From: Alphaproteobacteria bacterium
GTDB lineage: Bacteria > Pseudomonadota > Alphaproteobacteria > UBA2966
NCBI GenBank assembly: GCA_964291395.2
Contig: OZ219856.1
Span: forward strand, 864,001 to 928,000
DNA length: 64,000 nucleotides
Direction: 5' to 3'
Both the position numbers and the translations under genes were made by a program. This document shows positions 1 through 10,327 of the stretch, piece after piece. Each line of letters starts with the position of its first letter. Positions within the stretch are counted from its first letter, which is position 1. Below the pieces are notes generated by a model. The model searched no databases. It was not told the origin of the DNA and saw only the letters and a program-made list of their open reading frames with translations.

Positions 1-211
1 CGTCGGGATAGCACTTGAACCCGATGACATCCTCGTAGTTTGGATTGACGGGGTAGATTCGGCCTTGGTAACCGTCTCTGCGCAGATAGTGGAGTGGACG
101 TCCGTTCAGCTTGTTGGCATCCGACGTGGCGCCGATCACGGCGATGGACTCCGGGTGGAGTAGCGCCTGGATAGCCGAAACGTCGAGAGTGCGGGCGCCG
201 GGGTCGGTCAT
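1..211 (-). CDS. Acyl-CoA synthetase (NDP-forming)/acetate-CoA ligase family, N-terminal CoA-binding domain; runs off the window edge
   Basis: Not in the ORF track. Manual translation from ATG at 211 gives MTDPGARTLDVSAIQALLHPESIAVIGATSDANKLNGRPLHYLRRDGYQGRIYPVNPNYEDVIGFKCYPD, with the typical P-SIAVIGA...IYPVNP...CYP pattern. Confidence 0.85.
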   Translation of the reverse strand, partial: MTDPGARTLDVSAIQALLHPESIAVIGATSDANKLNGRPLHYLRRDGYQGRIYPVNPNYEDVIGFKCYPD

Positions 212-394
212 CTCAGGGTGATCATGGAGCCGCGGTCAGGCTGCGGCCGCCCGCGATGGAAAGGCGGGCGGCCGCCAGAGCAACATACCGGAGTGCCACG
301 GCGCTGCTCAACCGCGCGAGCGGGCCGCGAGTTCTGTTGCCCGTTCCTCCGGCGCCTCCTAAGCTCTGAACGGGTGTTTCGCCCGTAACAGTGG

Positions 395-1903
395 ATGGAG
401 GCGGACTTGTCCGAACTGAGTCTCGTGGTTCGCAATGGGACCGTCGTCACTGCCGTCGATACCGCGTCATGCGACATCGGCATTCGCGCCGGCCGTATCG
501 TTGCGCTTGGCGAGGGATTGAGTGGTGCCGCACGCGAGATCGATGCCAGCGGCAAGCTGGTCCTTCCGGGCGGAATCGACAGTCACTGCCATATCGATCA
601 ACTGTCGGGGATGGGGATCAGAACGGCGGATGATTTCCACAGCGGGACCGTGTCGGCGGCGTTTGGCGGGAACACGACCGTGATCCCCTTCGCCGCCCAG
701 CACCGCGGCCAATCGCTGCGCGCGGTTGTCGAGGAATACCACGAGCGTGCAACGCCCAAGGCAGTCATCGATTACGCGTTCCACCTGATCATCTCGGACC
801 CCAGCGAGCAGGTTCTGAACCAGGAATTGCCGGCGCTGATCCGCGACGGCTATACGTCGTTCAAGGTTTTCATGACCTACGAGAAGATGCGTCTCGATGA
901 CCGGCAGCTTCTCGATGTGCTCGGCGTAGCGCGGCGCGAGGGCGCGCTGATGATGGTGCATGCCGAGAACGACGACGTAATCTCATGGATCAGCGCGAAG
1001 CTCCTGGAGCAAGGTCATCGCGAGCCCAAGTTCCACGCGGTCAGTCACGCGCAGATCGCCGAGAGCGAGGCGACCCATCGAGCGATTCGACTGTCGGAAC
1101 TGATGGATGTGCCCCTGTTGGTGGTGCACGTTTCCGCGGAAGGGGCAATGAATGAAATCCGCCGAGCCCAGGATGCGGGCTTGCGGGTCTATGGCGAGAC
1201 ATGCCCGCAATACCTGTTTCTCACCAAGGAAGATCTCGATCTGCCCGGTGCGAACGGAGCTATGTTCTGCTGCAGCCCGCCGCCGAGGGACGCGAATTCT
1301 CAGGAAGCGATGTGGCGGGGACTGCGAAACGGCACTTTCCAGGTCTTCTCCTCCGATCACGCGCCTTACCGCTTTGATGAGACGGGAAAGCTGTCGGCCG
1401 GGCCCAGCCCGAATTTCAAGGAAATCGCGAACGGGCTGCCGGGTCTTGAACTGCGTCTGCCGCTCCTGTTCTCGGAAGGGGTGGGGACGGGACGGCTGAC
1501 CCTGAATCAGTTCGTGGCGCTCGCCTCCACCAACGCGGCGAGACTCTACGGTCTGGAGGGCCGCAAGGGCTCGATCGCCGTCGGCATGGATGCCGATCTC
1601 GCGATCTGGGATCCCCGGCGGACGGTGACCGTGACGGCCGATATGATGCACGACAACGCCGGCTACACGCCGTACGAGGGGCGTACGTTGAACGGCTGGC
1701 CGGAAACGGTGATCAGCCGCGGGCGGGTGGTCGTGCAGGATGGCCGGCTGCATGCCGAGCCCGGATCTGGCGAGTTTCTGCCCTGCGATCCGCCTGAACC
1801 CGCCAGACCGTTGGGCAGGCTCGTGCCTGAGGTCGACCCGGCGCGAAACTTCGGTGCTGAACTCATCCCCGATCCGTCGCAGGCGGGAACGGCCGGAGAT
1901 TGA
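395..1903 (+). CDS. hydA: Dihydropyrimidinase / D-hydantoinase (copy 1)
   Basis: PGGIDSHCH metal motif, SFKVFMTY (carboxylated Lys), HAEN, ETCPQYL, SSDHAP, KGSIAVGMDAD. Confidence 0.92.
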   Translation: MEADLSELSLVVRNGTVVTAVDTASCDIGIRAGRIVALGEGLSGAAREIDASGKLVLPGGIDSHCHIDQLSGMGIRTADDFHSGTVSAAFGGNTTVIPFAAQHRGQSLRAVVEEYHERATPKAVIDYAFHLIISDPSEQVLNQELPALIRDGYTSFKVFMTYEKMRLDDRQLLDVLGVARREGALMMVHAENDDVISWISAKLLEQGHREPKFHAVSHAQIAESEATHRAIRLSELMDVPLLVVHVSAEGAMNEIRRAQDAGLRVYGETCPQYLFLTKEDLDLPGANGAMFCCSPPPRDANSQEAMWRGLRNGTFQVFSSDHAPYRFDETGKLSAGPSPNFKEIANGLPGLELRLPLLFSEGVGTGRLTLNQFVALASTNAARLYGLEGRKGSIAVGMDADLAIWDPRRTVTVTADMMHDNAGYTPYEGRTLNGWPETVISRGRVVVQDGRLHAEPGSGEFLPCDPPEPARPLGRLVPEVDPARNFGAELIPDPSQAGTAGD

Positions 1904-2029
1904 GAACCAAGGCGTCGGTGCGTCTTCTCTCAGAAGCCCCTCCAGTGCACGCTTCTGGTCAATCCGTACCAGGGAAGCGGTGTCGAAATGTCGAGATGCC
2001 GGCGACCCGTATGCGTTCAAGCGGATTCA

Positions 2030-2938
2030 TCATCGTCCCTTAGCCGCGTCGAAGGCCCGGTCGACGACTTTGCGGGCGGTCTCGAAGGACATTCGGCACA
2101 CGACCTCCGGGTCATCGTCCCAGGTGGCTTCATTCATGATCTCGATCGTGAAGGGGCCGTCGTAGCCGGATTCCAGGATCGCGGTGCAAAACGTCTCGAC
2201 GTCGAAAATGCCGTGTCCCGGATAGGTACGGTGCCTGTTTCCAACGAGTTCCTCAATGGGCAGGTCGAGTGCGTCGTTTACATGCACCATCACGATCTGA
2301 TCGCCGCGAATCGCTTTGATCGCCGATACGTCTTGACCCGCGCGAAAGAAATGAAAGCAGTCGACGACCAGACCCGCGTGATCTCCGAGCCCCGCCAACT
2401 CCAGGACCTCGAGCGCCTCCGGAACCCGGCCGCACTTCTCGACATGGCCCATGGGCTCCAGGCCGAGCCTGACGTCCTTGGGGGCAGCATGTTCGGCAAT
2501 TCGTTTCATGTTGTCGGCGGTGCCTCGTAACGTTCCGTCCTCGCCGAGCACGGGAAGCACCACATAGCGAGCGTCCAGCGTTTCGCAGGCCTCCAGGATG
2601 CCCACCATGACGTCAAGCATGTCGTCGTCGAGCGCGTAGTGCCAGCGGGTGAGAACGTCCTCACCCGGAATGAGGCCTGCGACAGGCAGGTCTCGCCGGG
2701 CCGACAGCCGCGATGTCCTCGCCATCGTGGCGCCCGAGCCGGCCTCGCGGTAGCGCGGAACCAGGAATCGGCTTTGCGCCGTGTCCCAGTCCGCTTCGGT
2801 CATCAGGTGCGGTGCTACTTCATGAATCCACATCTCCACCGCGCTGTACCCGCTGTTCGCCGCGAACGAGAACTTGTCCGCGAGGGCGGCCTTCTTGATC
2901 GTGATGGTATTCAACTGCAGTGAGAGCGGGGGCGTCAC
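2030..2938 (-). CDS. Sugar phosphate isomerase/epimerase (xylose-isomerase-like TIM barrel)
   Basis: LGLEPMG, VVDCFHF, MVHVND, R-YPGHG, GYDGPFTIEI motifs. Start moved from 3058 to GTG 2938, just after the stop of the upstream SDR gene. Confidence 0.8.
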   Translation of the reverse strand: MTPPLSLQLNTITIKKAALADKFSFAANSGYSAVEMWIHEVAPHLMTEADWDTAQSRFLVPRYREAGSGATMARTSRLSARRDLPVAGLIPGEDVLTRWHYALDDDMLDVMVGILEACETLDARYVVLPVLGEDGTLRGTADNMKRIAEHAAPKDVRLGLEPMGHVEKCGRVPEALEVLELAGLGDHAGLVVDCFHFFRAGQDVSAIKAIRGDQIVMVHVNDALDLPIEELVGNRHRTYPGHGIFDVETFCTAILESGYDGPFTIEIMNEATWDDDPEVVCRMSFETARKVVDRAFDAAKGR

Positions 2939-2942
2939 CGTG

Positions 2943-3671
2943 TCACCAGGGTTCGATCCATGGCCGGAGGTCGAGCTCGTGGGTCCAGGCGCTTGGAGGC
3001 TGGCGGTGAAGGTTCCAGTAATTTTCCGCGATAGCGTCGGGGCCCAGAAGTCCGTCACGGTCTTTCAATGCATACCGCTCCGGAAACATTTCCTCAATCC
3101 ACTTGGTGTCTATCGCCCCGTCGACCACGACATGGGCCACGTGGATGCCTTGCGGCCCGAGTTCCCGCGCCATGCTTTGGGCCAAGGCGCGGAGACCGTG
3201 CTTGGCGCCAGCGAATCCCGCGAACCCGTCGCCCCCACGCACGCTCGCGGTGGCGCCCGTGAAGATGATCGTGCCGCGCCGGCGGTCGATCATGCGGCGG
3301 GCGACCTCTCTTCCCGTCAGGAAGCCGGAGAAGCAGCCCATTTCCCAAACCTTGTAGTAGACCCGGGCGGTCGTCTCAGTGATGGGAAACCTGACATTTC
3401 CCCCGATGTTGTGCACGGCCACCTCGATTGGCCCGATGTCCCGTTCGATGGTCTCGACGAGATCGATCACGCGGTCTTCCCGGCGGCAGTCGCACTCGAA
3501 CGGCACCGCCTTTCCCCCCTCCGATTCGATGCGCTCGACAAGAGGTTTGAGCCTCTCGCCGTGACGACGCGCCACGCAGGCAGTGTATCCCTCTCTCGCG
3601 AAGCGACGCGCCACCGCGCCGCCTGTCGCGTCGCCGGCTCCCACTACCAGAGCTACCTTGGCATCGGTCAT
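2943..3671 (-). CDS. Short-chain dehydrogenase/reductase
   Basis: VVGAGDATG Rossmann motif, FTGATAS, FAGAKHGLRALAQSMARELGPQGIHVAHV. Confidence 0.9.
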   Translation of the reverse strand: MTDAKVALVVGAGDATGGAVARRFAREGYTACVARRHGERLKPLVERIESEGGKAVPFECDCRREDRVIDLVETIERDIGPIEVAVHNIGGNVRFPITETTARVYYKVWEMGCFSGFLTGREVARRMIDRRRGTIIFTGATASVRGGDGFAGFAGAKHGLRALAQSMARELGPQGIHVAHVVVDGAIDTKWIEEMFPERYALKDRDGLLGPDAIAENYWNLHRQPPSAWTHELDLRPWIEPW

Positions 3672-3702
3672 CTCGGATTACCGCTCGTCAAGGGGGGTCA
3701 TG

Positions 3703-6059
3703 TCAGATCCGCAACGTGCGCAGGCGCAGTGCATTGCCGATCACGGAGACCGAACTGAGGCTCATGGCCGCCGCCGCGATCATCGGGCTTAGCAGTACGC
3801 CGAAGATGGGAAACAGCAAGCCTGCAGCGACGGGCACGCCCAGGGAGTTGTACACGAAGGCGAAGAAGAGGTTCTGGCGAATGTTGCGCATGGTCGCGCG
3901 GCTGAGGTGCCGCGCCCGCACGATAGCTCTCAGGTCGCCCTTCATCAACGTGACGGCGGCGCTCTCCATCGCGACATCGGTGCCCGTGCCCATGGCGATT
4001 CCCACGTCGGCCTCGGTCAAGGCCGGCGCGTCATTGATGCCGTCGCCCGCCATCGCGACGATCCGGCCCTGCCTCCGCAATTCACGCACGATTTGTCCCT
4101 TGCGGTCCGGGAGGACACCGGCTTCCACGTCGTCGATGCCGAGCTTACCGGCGACGGCTTGCGCCGTGGTCGCGCCGTCGCCTGTCAGCATGACGATCCG
4201 GATATTCTCCCGTCGCAGCGCTGCGATGGCCTCCGGCGTCGTCTCCTTGACGGGGTCGGCCACGCCGATCAGGCCGGCCACGCGCCCGTCGACCACGACG
4301 TACATCACGGTAGCAGCGTCTTTGCGGTGCGCTTCCGCGCGGCGTTCGAGTTCTTCTCCGGACATCCCCAACTCATGGAGAAGTTCCCGGTTGCCGAGTG
4401 CAACCCGCGAGCCGTTCACGCTACCGCTCACGCCCTTTCCCGGGATCGATCGAAACTCCGTGGCCTCGGTGACCTGAAGCCCCCTTTCCAAATGGCGGCG
4501 ACGATTGCGTCGGCAAGCGGGTGCTCGCTGGATTGCTCGAGGCTGGCCGACAGGCGAAGAAGATCGTTCTCGCCGAGAGAACCCTCTGCCAGTACGGCGA
4601 CGACCTTGGGCGCGCCCTCCGTGAGCGTGCCCGTCTTGTCGACGACAAGGGTATCCACCCTCTCGAGGCGCTCCAGTGCCTCGGCATCCTTGATGAGCAC
4701 TCCCGCCTCGGCGCCGCGCCCGACCCCCACCATGATCGACATCGGCGTGGCGAGGCCGAGGGCACAGGGGCAGGCGATGATCAACACGGAAACCGCGGCC
4801 ACCAGGGCAAATCCCATGGCAGGTGCCGGCCCCCAAATCGACCAAGCCGCGAACGCAATTACTGCAACGGCGACAACGGAGGGAACGAAATAGCCGGCGA
4901 CCCTATCGGCGAGACGCTGGACCGGCGCTCGGGTCCGCTGGGCTTCCGCGACCATGGCGACGATCTGGGCGAGCATGGTCTCGTCGCCGACGCGGTCTGC
5001 ACGCATGAAGAACGCGCCGGTGCCGTTCAAAGTCGCGCCGATGACCGGATCGTCCGGCCATTTCTCGACGGGGATGGGCTCTCCCGTGATCATCGACTCG
5101 TCGACGGTGCTGTGGCCTTCGAGAACGGTGCCGTCGACGGGAATCCTGTCGCCGGGCCGTACCCGCAGCCGGTCTCCGACGCTGACGTCCTCCAGCGGGA
5201 TCTCTTCGTCCGTGCCGTCGGCACCGATTCGATAGGCGGTTCGGGGCGCAAGTCGCAGCAAGGCCCTGAGCGCCCGGCCCGTGCCCTCGCGCGCCTTGAG
5301 TTCCAGGACTTGGCCGACGAGTACGAGCACGATGATCACGGCGGCCGCTTCGAAATAGACGGCGACCGCCCCGTCGGCCATCTGGAATGCTTCCGGAAGC
5401 ACGCCGGGCATCAACGTGGCCAGTACGCTGTAGACGTAGGCCGTGCCCGTACCCATGGCGATCAACGTGAACATGTTGAGGTTGCGGGTTGCCAACGACG
5501 CCCAGCCCCGTTGGAAGAACGGCAGTCCGCACCACAGGGTGACGGGCGTGGCCAGCGCGAGTTGGATCCAGTTGGAAACGCTTCGTGGAATGGCTTCCGT
5601 GAAATCGAGTCCCGGCAGGTGTCCGCCCATTTCCAACATGAGGACGGGCAAGGAAAGAACGAGTCCGATCCGCATACGGCGGTTCATGTCGATGAGTTCC
5701 GGATTCGGACTCTCATCGAGAGATACGCGCACGGGCTCCAACGCCATTCCACAGATGGGACAATCCCCGGGACGGCTCCTGACGACTTCCGGATGCATGG
5801 GGCAGGTGTGGTCCGTGCCCGATGAAGCGTCCGCTCGCGGTGGCGAAGCACCTGCCGGGAAGGCGTCCGGTGTCGCCTTGAATTTCGCCAGGCAGTGGCT
5901 CGAGCAGAACCAATAGGAATGTCCGCCGTGCTCGTGCCGGTGTTCCGACGTCACGGGATCTACGGTCATGCCGCAAACCGGGTCCTTGGTGAGCGTGCCG
6001 TCGCTTCGCTTGCCGTTTTGGTTCATGACGTCCACCGGCGCCGACTCATGGAAGTTCAA
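3703..6059 (-). pseudogene. copA: Copper/silver-translocating P1B-type ATPase, split by a 1-nt frameshift near 4490
   Basis: ORF 4428-6059 carries the YHS-like [13 protein letters not shown]...[25 protein letters not shown] and SEHP motifs. ORF 3703-4845 continues in the -1 frame with LERGL...[17 protein letters not shown] and MSLSS. Confidence 0.85.
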
Positions 6060-6223
6060 TATTCAACTCTGCCCGACCGCTTCGGTGACCAGCCATATAG
6101 ACCGTCGTCCATCTTCAGGGAGGGATATGGGAGCGATTGCCTTCCGTATGGGCCTGTTTTGTGATCGACGTTGCCGCTATGCTCGTTCGTCATCCGGCCC
6201 ATCACGTTTCCTGAAGGACCAAG

Positions 6224-7036
6224 ATGCTCAGCCGATCAGATATTCGACGCTACAGGGAAGAAGGCCAGATCGTCCTGCCCTATCGTATCCCCGACGAAAT
6301 GATCTCGTGTATCGAGCGCCGAACCGACGAACTGCTGAGCAAGCACCCTGACCTTTCGGCGGACTACGTGCCGGGCCTTCCGGAGATCGAGGAATACTGG
6401 CTGGCCGTCGCCCAAATCCCGGATCTCCTGGATTCGGTTGAACAGCTCATCGGACCCGATTTCATCAACTGGGGGTCTGCGCTCTTCGGAAAGCCGGCAA
6501 ATGATGGCATCGAGACGCCCTGGCATCAGGACGGCGAGTACTGGCCCATCAGGCCGTTGGCAACGTGTACGGCCTGGATCGCTATCGACGACGCCACGCC
6601 CGAGAATGGTTGCATGCGTGTCGTGCCGGGCTCGCACAGAGACGGGAAATTGCTGTCTCACAAGACGGTGGAGGGCGACTACACGCTCTACCGGACGCTC
6701 AAGGACAGTTCCGAGGCGGAGGCCAACGCCCGTGACGTGGTTCTGGAGCGCGGGCAAATTTCCATTCACGACGTCTATATGATCCATGGCTCCCGCCCCA
6801 ATACGTCGAGCAAGCCAAGACGCGGACTGACATTCCGGTTCATGCCCACGACATCCCACTTCGATTACGACCTCAATGACAAGCTGGTCCGTGAGATTGG
6901 CGTATTGAGCTTGGCCCATCGCAAGTTGTTCCTCCTGCGGGGGGTCGACCGCTGTGGCAAGAACCGCACTGTCGATATTCCTTCGAATCTGGACGCATTC
7001 TGGGAACTGCCCGAGGCCCGGGTTGCCGCTGAATAA
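6224..7036 (+). CDS. Phytanoyl-CoA dioxygenase (PhyH) family Fe(II)/2OG oxygenase
   Basis: TPWHQDGEYW (HxD), DDATPENGCMRVVPGSH, IHGSRPN..RRG. Confidence 0.9.
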   Translation: MLSRSDIRRYREEGQIVLPYRIPDEMISCIERRTDELLSKHPDLSADYVPGLPEIEEYWLAVAQIPDLLDSVEQLIGPDFINWGSALFGKPANDGIETPWHQDGEYWPIRPLATCTAWIAIDDATPENGCMRVVPGSHRDGKLLSHKTVEGDYTLYRTLKDSSEAEANARDVVLERGQISIHDVYMIHGSRPNTSSKPRRGLTFRFMPTTSHFDYDLNDKLVREIGVLSLAHRKLFLLRGVDRCGKNRTVDIPSNLDAFWELPEARVAAE

Positions 7037-7188
7037 CGTGTGGAACCTTCGCATCTCCAATGAACGGGAACCGACATAGCTGTCACCGAAGTCGTTGAGA
7101 AGCCACGCAAGTCACCGCGCGGAAAATCGACGTACGACAATCTCCGGCGACAGGCCGTTTTAGGTGATCCGGGTCGAATTCTCTACGA

Positions 7189-7613
7189 TCATCGCCCGGC
7201 GAGCGGGAGCATCAGTTCGGCATAACGCCATGCGGTCCAACGCCAGGTGGAGGGTGAGGTTTCATTCCGAATCGTCCGCCGGACAGCACATCGATCGTGG
7301 CGAGCATTTTGGCCGTCACCACCGCAGGCCGTAGCGGGATGACCATGACGGATGTCAGGAGGCGGGATTTCGTCGTGATGGCGGCGACGTAGGCTAGGAG
7401 CGTTGGCTGATCCAGGCACTCGCCGGTTTCGATTCCCGGATATCGCCCGTCGTCCGCGTAAGGGTACAGCGCTTCGTAGCGACTCGGGAGCACGATGTGA
7501 TCGGGCACGGTGACGCAGGCGTAGCCCAGTTCTTCGCCTCGAATGGCGAGGGTGCGAATAGCCTCTGTGTTGGCGAGCGGTCCGCGACCCGGTAGCCTGA
7601 ACCCGATTTCCAC
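7189..7613 (-). pseudogene. Luciferase-like monooxygenase (LLM class) with a large internal deletion
   Basis: N-terminal ~115 aa are typical (EELGY...PDHIVLP...AKMLATIDVLSGGR), then homology breaks. A C-terminus-like DRMA/RYAELMLPLAGR* follows about 50 nt later across frameshifts. Confidence 0.7.
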
Positions 7614-7614
7614 G

Positions 7615-9174
7615 TCAGACGAGGCTCGTGGGCCAAGCTCGGAGCAGGTGTTCGCCGACCCCGCCCGTCAGGCGCTGCCGGTGGACGTCCAGCATGGTGA
7701 TGAGCCAATCGCGGGTCTCGCGCGGGTCGATGACGTCCTGGGTTTCATACAGCTCGGCGAGGTCCCAGGCCTCCGAGTCTCGAGCCAGCTCGGCAACACG
7801 TTTGTCGAACTCCCGGGGGTTGTCGTCTCGGTTGATTCCAAAGACCACGTTGACACCGAGCTCCACATCCATGAAACCGAGGTCGGCGGTGGGCCAGACG
7901 GCCGTGACGTCCGAATTCCGACCACCTCCCATATTCAGGTAAGCCTGCCCGTAGCTCTTGCGCACGATGACGGTGATCTTGGGCACGGTCATGAGGGAAA
8001 GGGCGTTCATCCAGTTGATGATACGTCCGGGCGCGCCCTTGCGCTCCCCGTCGATGCCGACCAGGAACCCGGGCACGTCGACCAGCATAACGAGCGGGAT
8101 GTTGAAGCTGTCACAAAGGACCATGAAGGCCGTTGCCTTGTTGCAGGCATCGGCGTCGATGGCGCCGCCCTTGAACATCGGATTGTTGGCAATCACGCCG
8201 ACAGGATGGCCGTCGAGTCGGATGAGCGACGTGACGACTGCCTTGCCGTAGCGAGCCTTTAGCTCGAACGTGCTGCCGGCATCGGCAAGGGCGGCGACGA
8301 TCTTCCGCATGTCGTACACTCGGGTGCGTTCCTCGGGCAAGAGGCTGAGGACGTCCCTCGCGGTCGTCTTCGAGTCCTCGGGTACCGGATGCACGGGTGG
8401 TGGTTCGTTGTGATGTCCGGGCAGATACGACAGGAACGTCTTCACGGCGTCCAACGCTTCCTCGTCCGTGTCGGTGGCGAGGTCGACGAGACCGCTGGTC
8501 CCGGTAAGCAGCTTCCAGCCTCCGAGTTCTTCCTTGTCGATCGGTTGATTGATCGCGAGCGACGTGACGCGCGAGCTTGCCACGGCCATCGTCGCGCCTT
8601 TGCGCATGACGACGAAGTCCGACATGCAGGCGTACCAGGTGGAGGAGCCGTAGCAATCGCCGAGTTGGGCGGCGGCCCATGGCGTCTCGCGCAAGCGCCG
8701 GTATTCGTACGGATCCTGCCCGATGATGGCCCGGCCTGACGCACCCATGCGGTCCGGCATTCGGGCGCCTGTGGATTCGCCGATGAAGACCAGTGGCATG
8801 CCGCGTTTGGTGGCGACTTCCTTGATATGCCGGAATTTCTTTTGGTTCGTAACGGCGCTCGAGGCTCCGAGAACCGTGAAATCGTTGGAGGCGATGGCGA
8901 CGGATCGTCCGTCGATGCGGCAGAATCCCGTTACTTTGCCGTCCGCGGGAGTTTTTTCCCGGGCTTCCGCCCGGTTCGAGCGCGCCAGCAGTCCCGACTC
9001 GGTAAAGCTACCCGGATCGGCGAGGTAGTCGATCCGTTCCCGCGCATTGAGGACACCCTGCTCTCTGCGTTTCGCGAGCTTTTCGAGCCCACCCATTTGC
9101 AGGGCCTTTTCGCGACGCTTTTTCAGTTCCTTCAGAGCCTTGGCATGAGACATGGTCGTGCGACTCTTCCCCAT
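7615..9174 (-). CDS. Acyl-CoA carboxylase carboxyltransferase (beta) subunit
   Basis: LNARERIDYLADPGSF, NDFTVLGAS, ESTGARM, EELGG, LCDSFNIPLVMLVDVPGFLVG, RKSYG, VIDPRETR. Confidence 0.9.
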   Translation of the reverse strand: MGKSRTTMSHAKALKELKKRREKALQMGGLEKLAKRREQGVLNARERIDYLADPGSFTESGLLARSNRAEAREKTPADGKVTGFCRIDGRSVAIASNDFTVLGASSAVTNQKKFRHIKEVATKRGMPLVFIGESTGARMPDRMGASGRAIIGQDPYEYRRLRETPWAAAQLGDCYGSSTWYACMSDFVVMRKGATMAVASSRVTSLAINQPIDKEELGGWKLLTGTSGLVDLATDTDEEALDAVKTFLSYLPGHHNEPPPVHPVPEDSKTTARDVLSLLPEERTRVYDMRKIVAALADAGSTFELKARYGKAVVTSLIRLDGHPVGVIANNPMFKGGAIDADACNKATAFMVLCDSFNIPLVMLVDVPGFLVGIDGERKGAPGRIINWMNALSLMTVPKITVIVRKSYGQAYLNMGGGRNSDVTAVWPTADLGFMDVELGVNVVFGINRDDNPREFDKRVAELARDSEAWDLAELYETQDVIDPRETRDWLITMLDVHRQRLTGGVGEHLLRAWPTSLV

Positions 9175-9296
9175 ATTTTCCCGGCGCGAATCGGAGTGAA
9201 TTCCGATGGTTTGTCAAATCCGATCCGTTGGAGCGCTATAATGAGGCCTGTTTCCACATCGCAGTACGCGCAAGGCCGATGGTTCAAGACGCCCGC

Positions 9297-10295
9297 ATGA
9301 ATGGCCCTGAAACCGGGGACGCGTTCCCTATGCTCCGAAAAGCGCATACCGGCCCCATCGCGTGGACGAACGATACCCTGGAAAGGGACGCGGGGATCAT
9401 TCCGATCACGGACGACTGCCGCGAGGAATTGCTGACGACCGCCTGCCTTCTCGAGGCCAACCCTCTGCCTCTCGTCGTTCTCAGACCGGATTACTTCGAC
9501 ATGCCGGCGTGCCGCAGGATGATGAAGGCGGCGCGCAACACGCTCGATCATGGAGTCGGGTTCGTCATCATCGATCGGCTGCCGATGGACGAACTGAGGC
9601 CGGAGTCCGCGACCAAGCTCTATTGGCTGCTCGGCAACATGGTCGCGCGTGCCGTCGCGCAGAAGTGGGACGGTACCATGATGTACGACGTTCGCGACAC
9701 CGGCAGGGAGATGACTCCGGGAAACGGCGTGCGTGCCTCAATCACTAACAAGGGTCAGCAGTTCCACACGGACAATAGCTTCAATCTTCCGCCGGAATAC
9801 GTGGGATTGCTTTGTATTCGGACGGCGAGGGAAGGCGGGCTAAGCGGGGTGGTCAGCTTTCAGACGGTTTACAACAGGCTGTTGGAGAGCTCTCCCGAAC
9901 TGCTTGAGCGCCTTTGTCACCCATTCTGGTTTGACCGCCAGCAGGAGCACGCCCCGGACGATCCCGACAAGGCCAGCAATTGGCCGGTGTTCAGTTACGA
10001 CGGGGAGCAGATTCGGACACGATTCTCGACTCGGTTGATCTACGGCGGGCATGAAATCGCTGATGAGCCGTTGGACGCTCTCGGCAGGGAGGCGGTCGAA
10101 GCCGTCGTTTCGATACTCGATGGGCCCGACATGCGCCGCGACTTCGAATTTCAACCCGGTCAGATTCAGATTCTGAACAATCGCGGGCTGGGCCATCGCC
10201 GTACCGGCTTCCGGGACTGGCCGGAGCCGGAGCGCCGGCGGCACCTGGTCCGGTTGTGGTTCCGAGATTCGGGTCGTCCCTTCTACGGCGGCTGA
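9297..10295 (+). CDS. TauD/TfdA (clavaminate-synthase-like) dioxygenase, copy 1
   Basis: FHTDNS (HxD), YVGLLCIRTAREGG, PGQIQILNN...HRRTGF.DWPEPERRRHLVRLW. Start uncertain (ATG 9279, 9297 or 9330). Confidence 0.85.
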   Translation: MNGPETGDAFPMLRKAHTGPIAWTNDTLERDAGIIPITDDCREELLTTACLLEANPLPLVVLRPDYFDMPACRRMMKAARNTLDHGVGFVIIDRLPMDELRPESATKLYWLLGNMVARAVAQKWDGTMMYDVRDTGREMTPGNGVRASITNKGQQFHTDNSFNLPPEYVGLLCIRTAREGGLSGVVSFQTVYNRLLESSPELLERLCHPFWFDRQQEHAPDDPDKASNWPVFSYDGEQIRTRFSTRLIYGGHEIADEPLDALGREAVEAVVSILDGPDMRRDFEFQPGQIQILNNRGLGHRRTGFRDWPEPERRRHLVRLWFRDSGRPFYGG

Positions 10296-10327
10296 CGCTC
10301 CGCTCCGCGCCGGTTGCCGAGCCGTCG

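Noticed and set aside
2943-3671. SDR with Phe instead of the catalytic Tyr (FAGAK)
   Set aside because: This is a common atypical SDR subfamily, not specific to this locus.
4470-4500. Programmed -1 frameshift in copA, as in E. coli CopA(Z)
   Set aside because: The known event occurs right after the first metal-binding domain and the full-length frame is intact. Here the break is mid-enzyme with no canonical slippery site.
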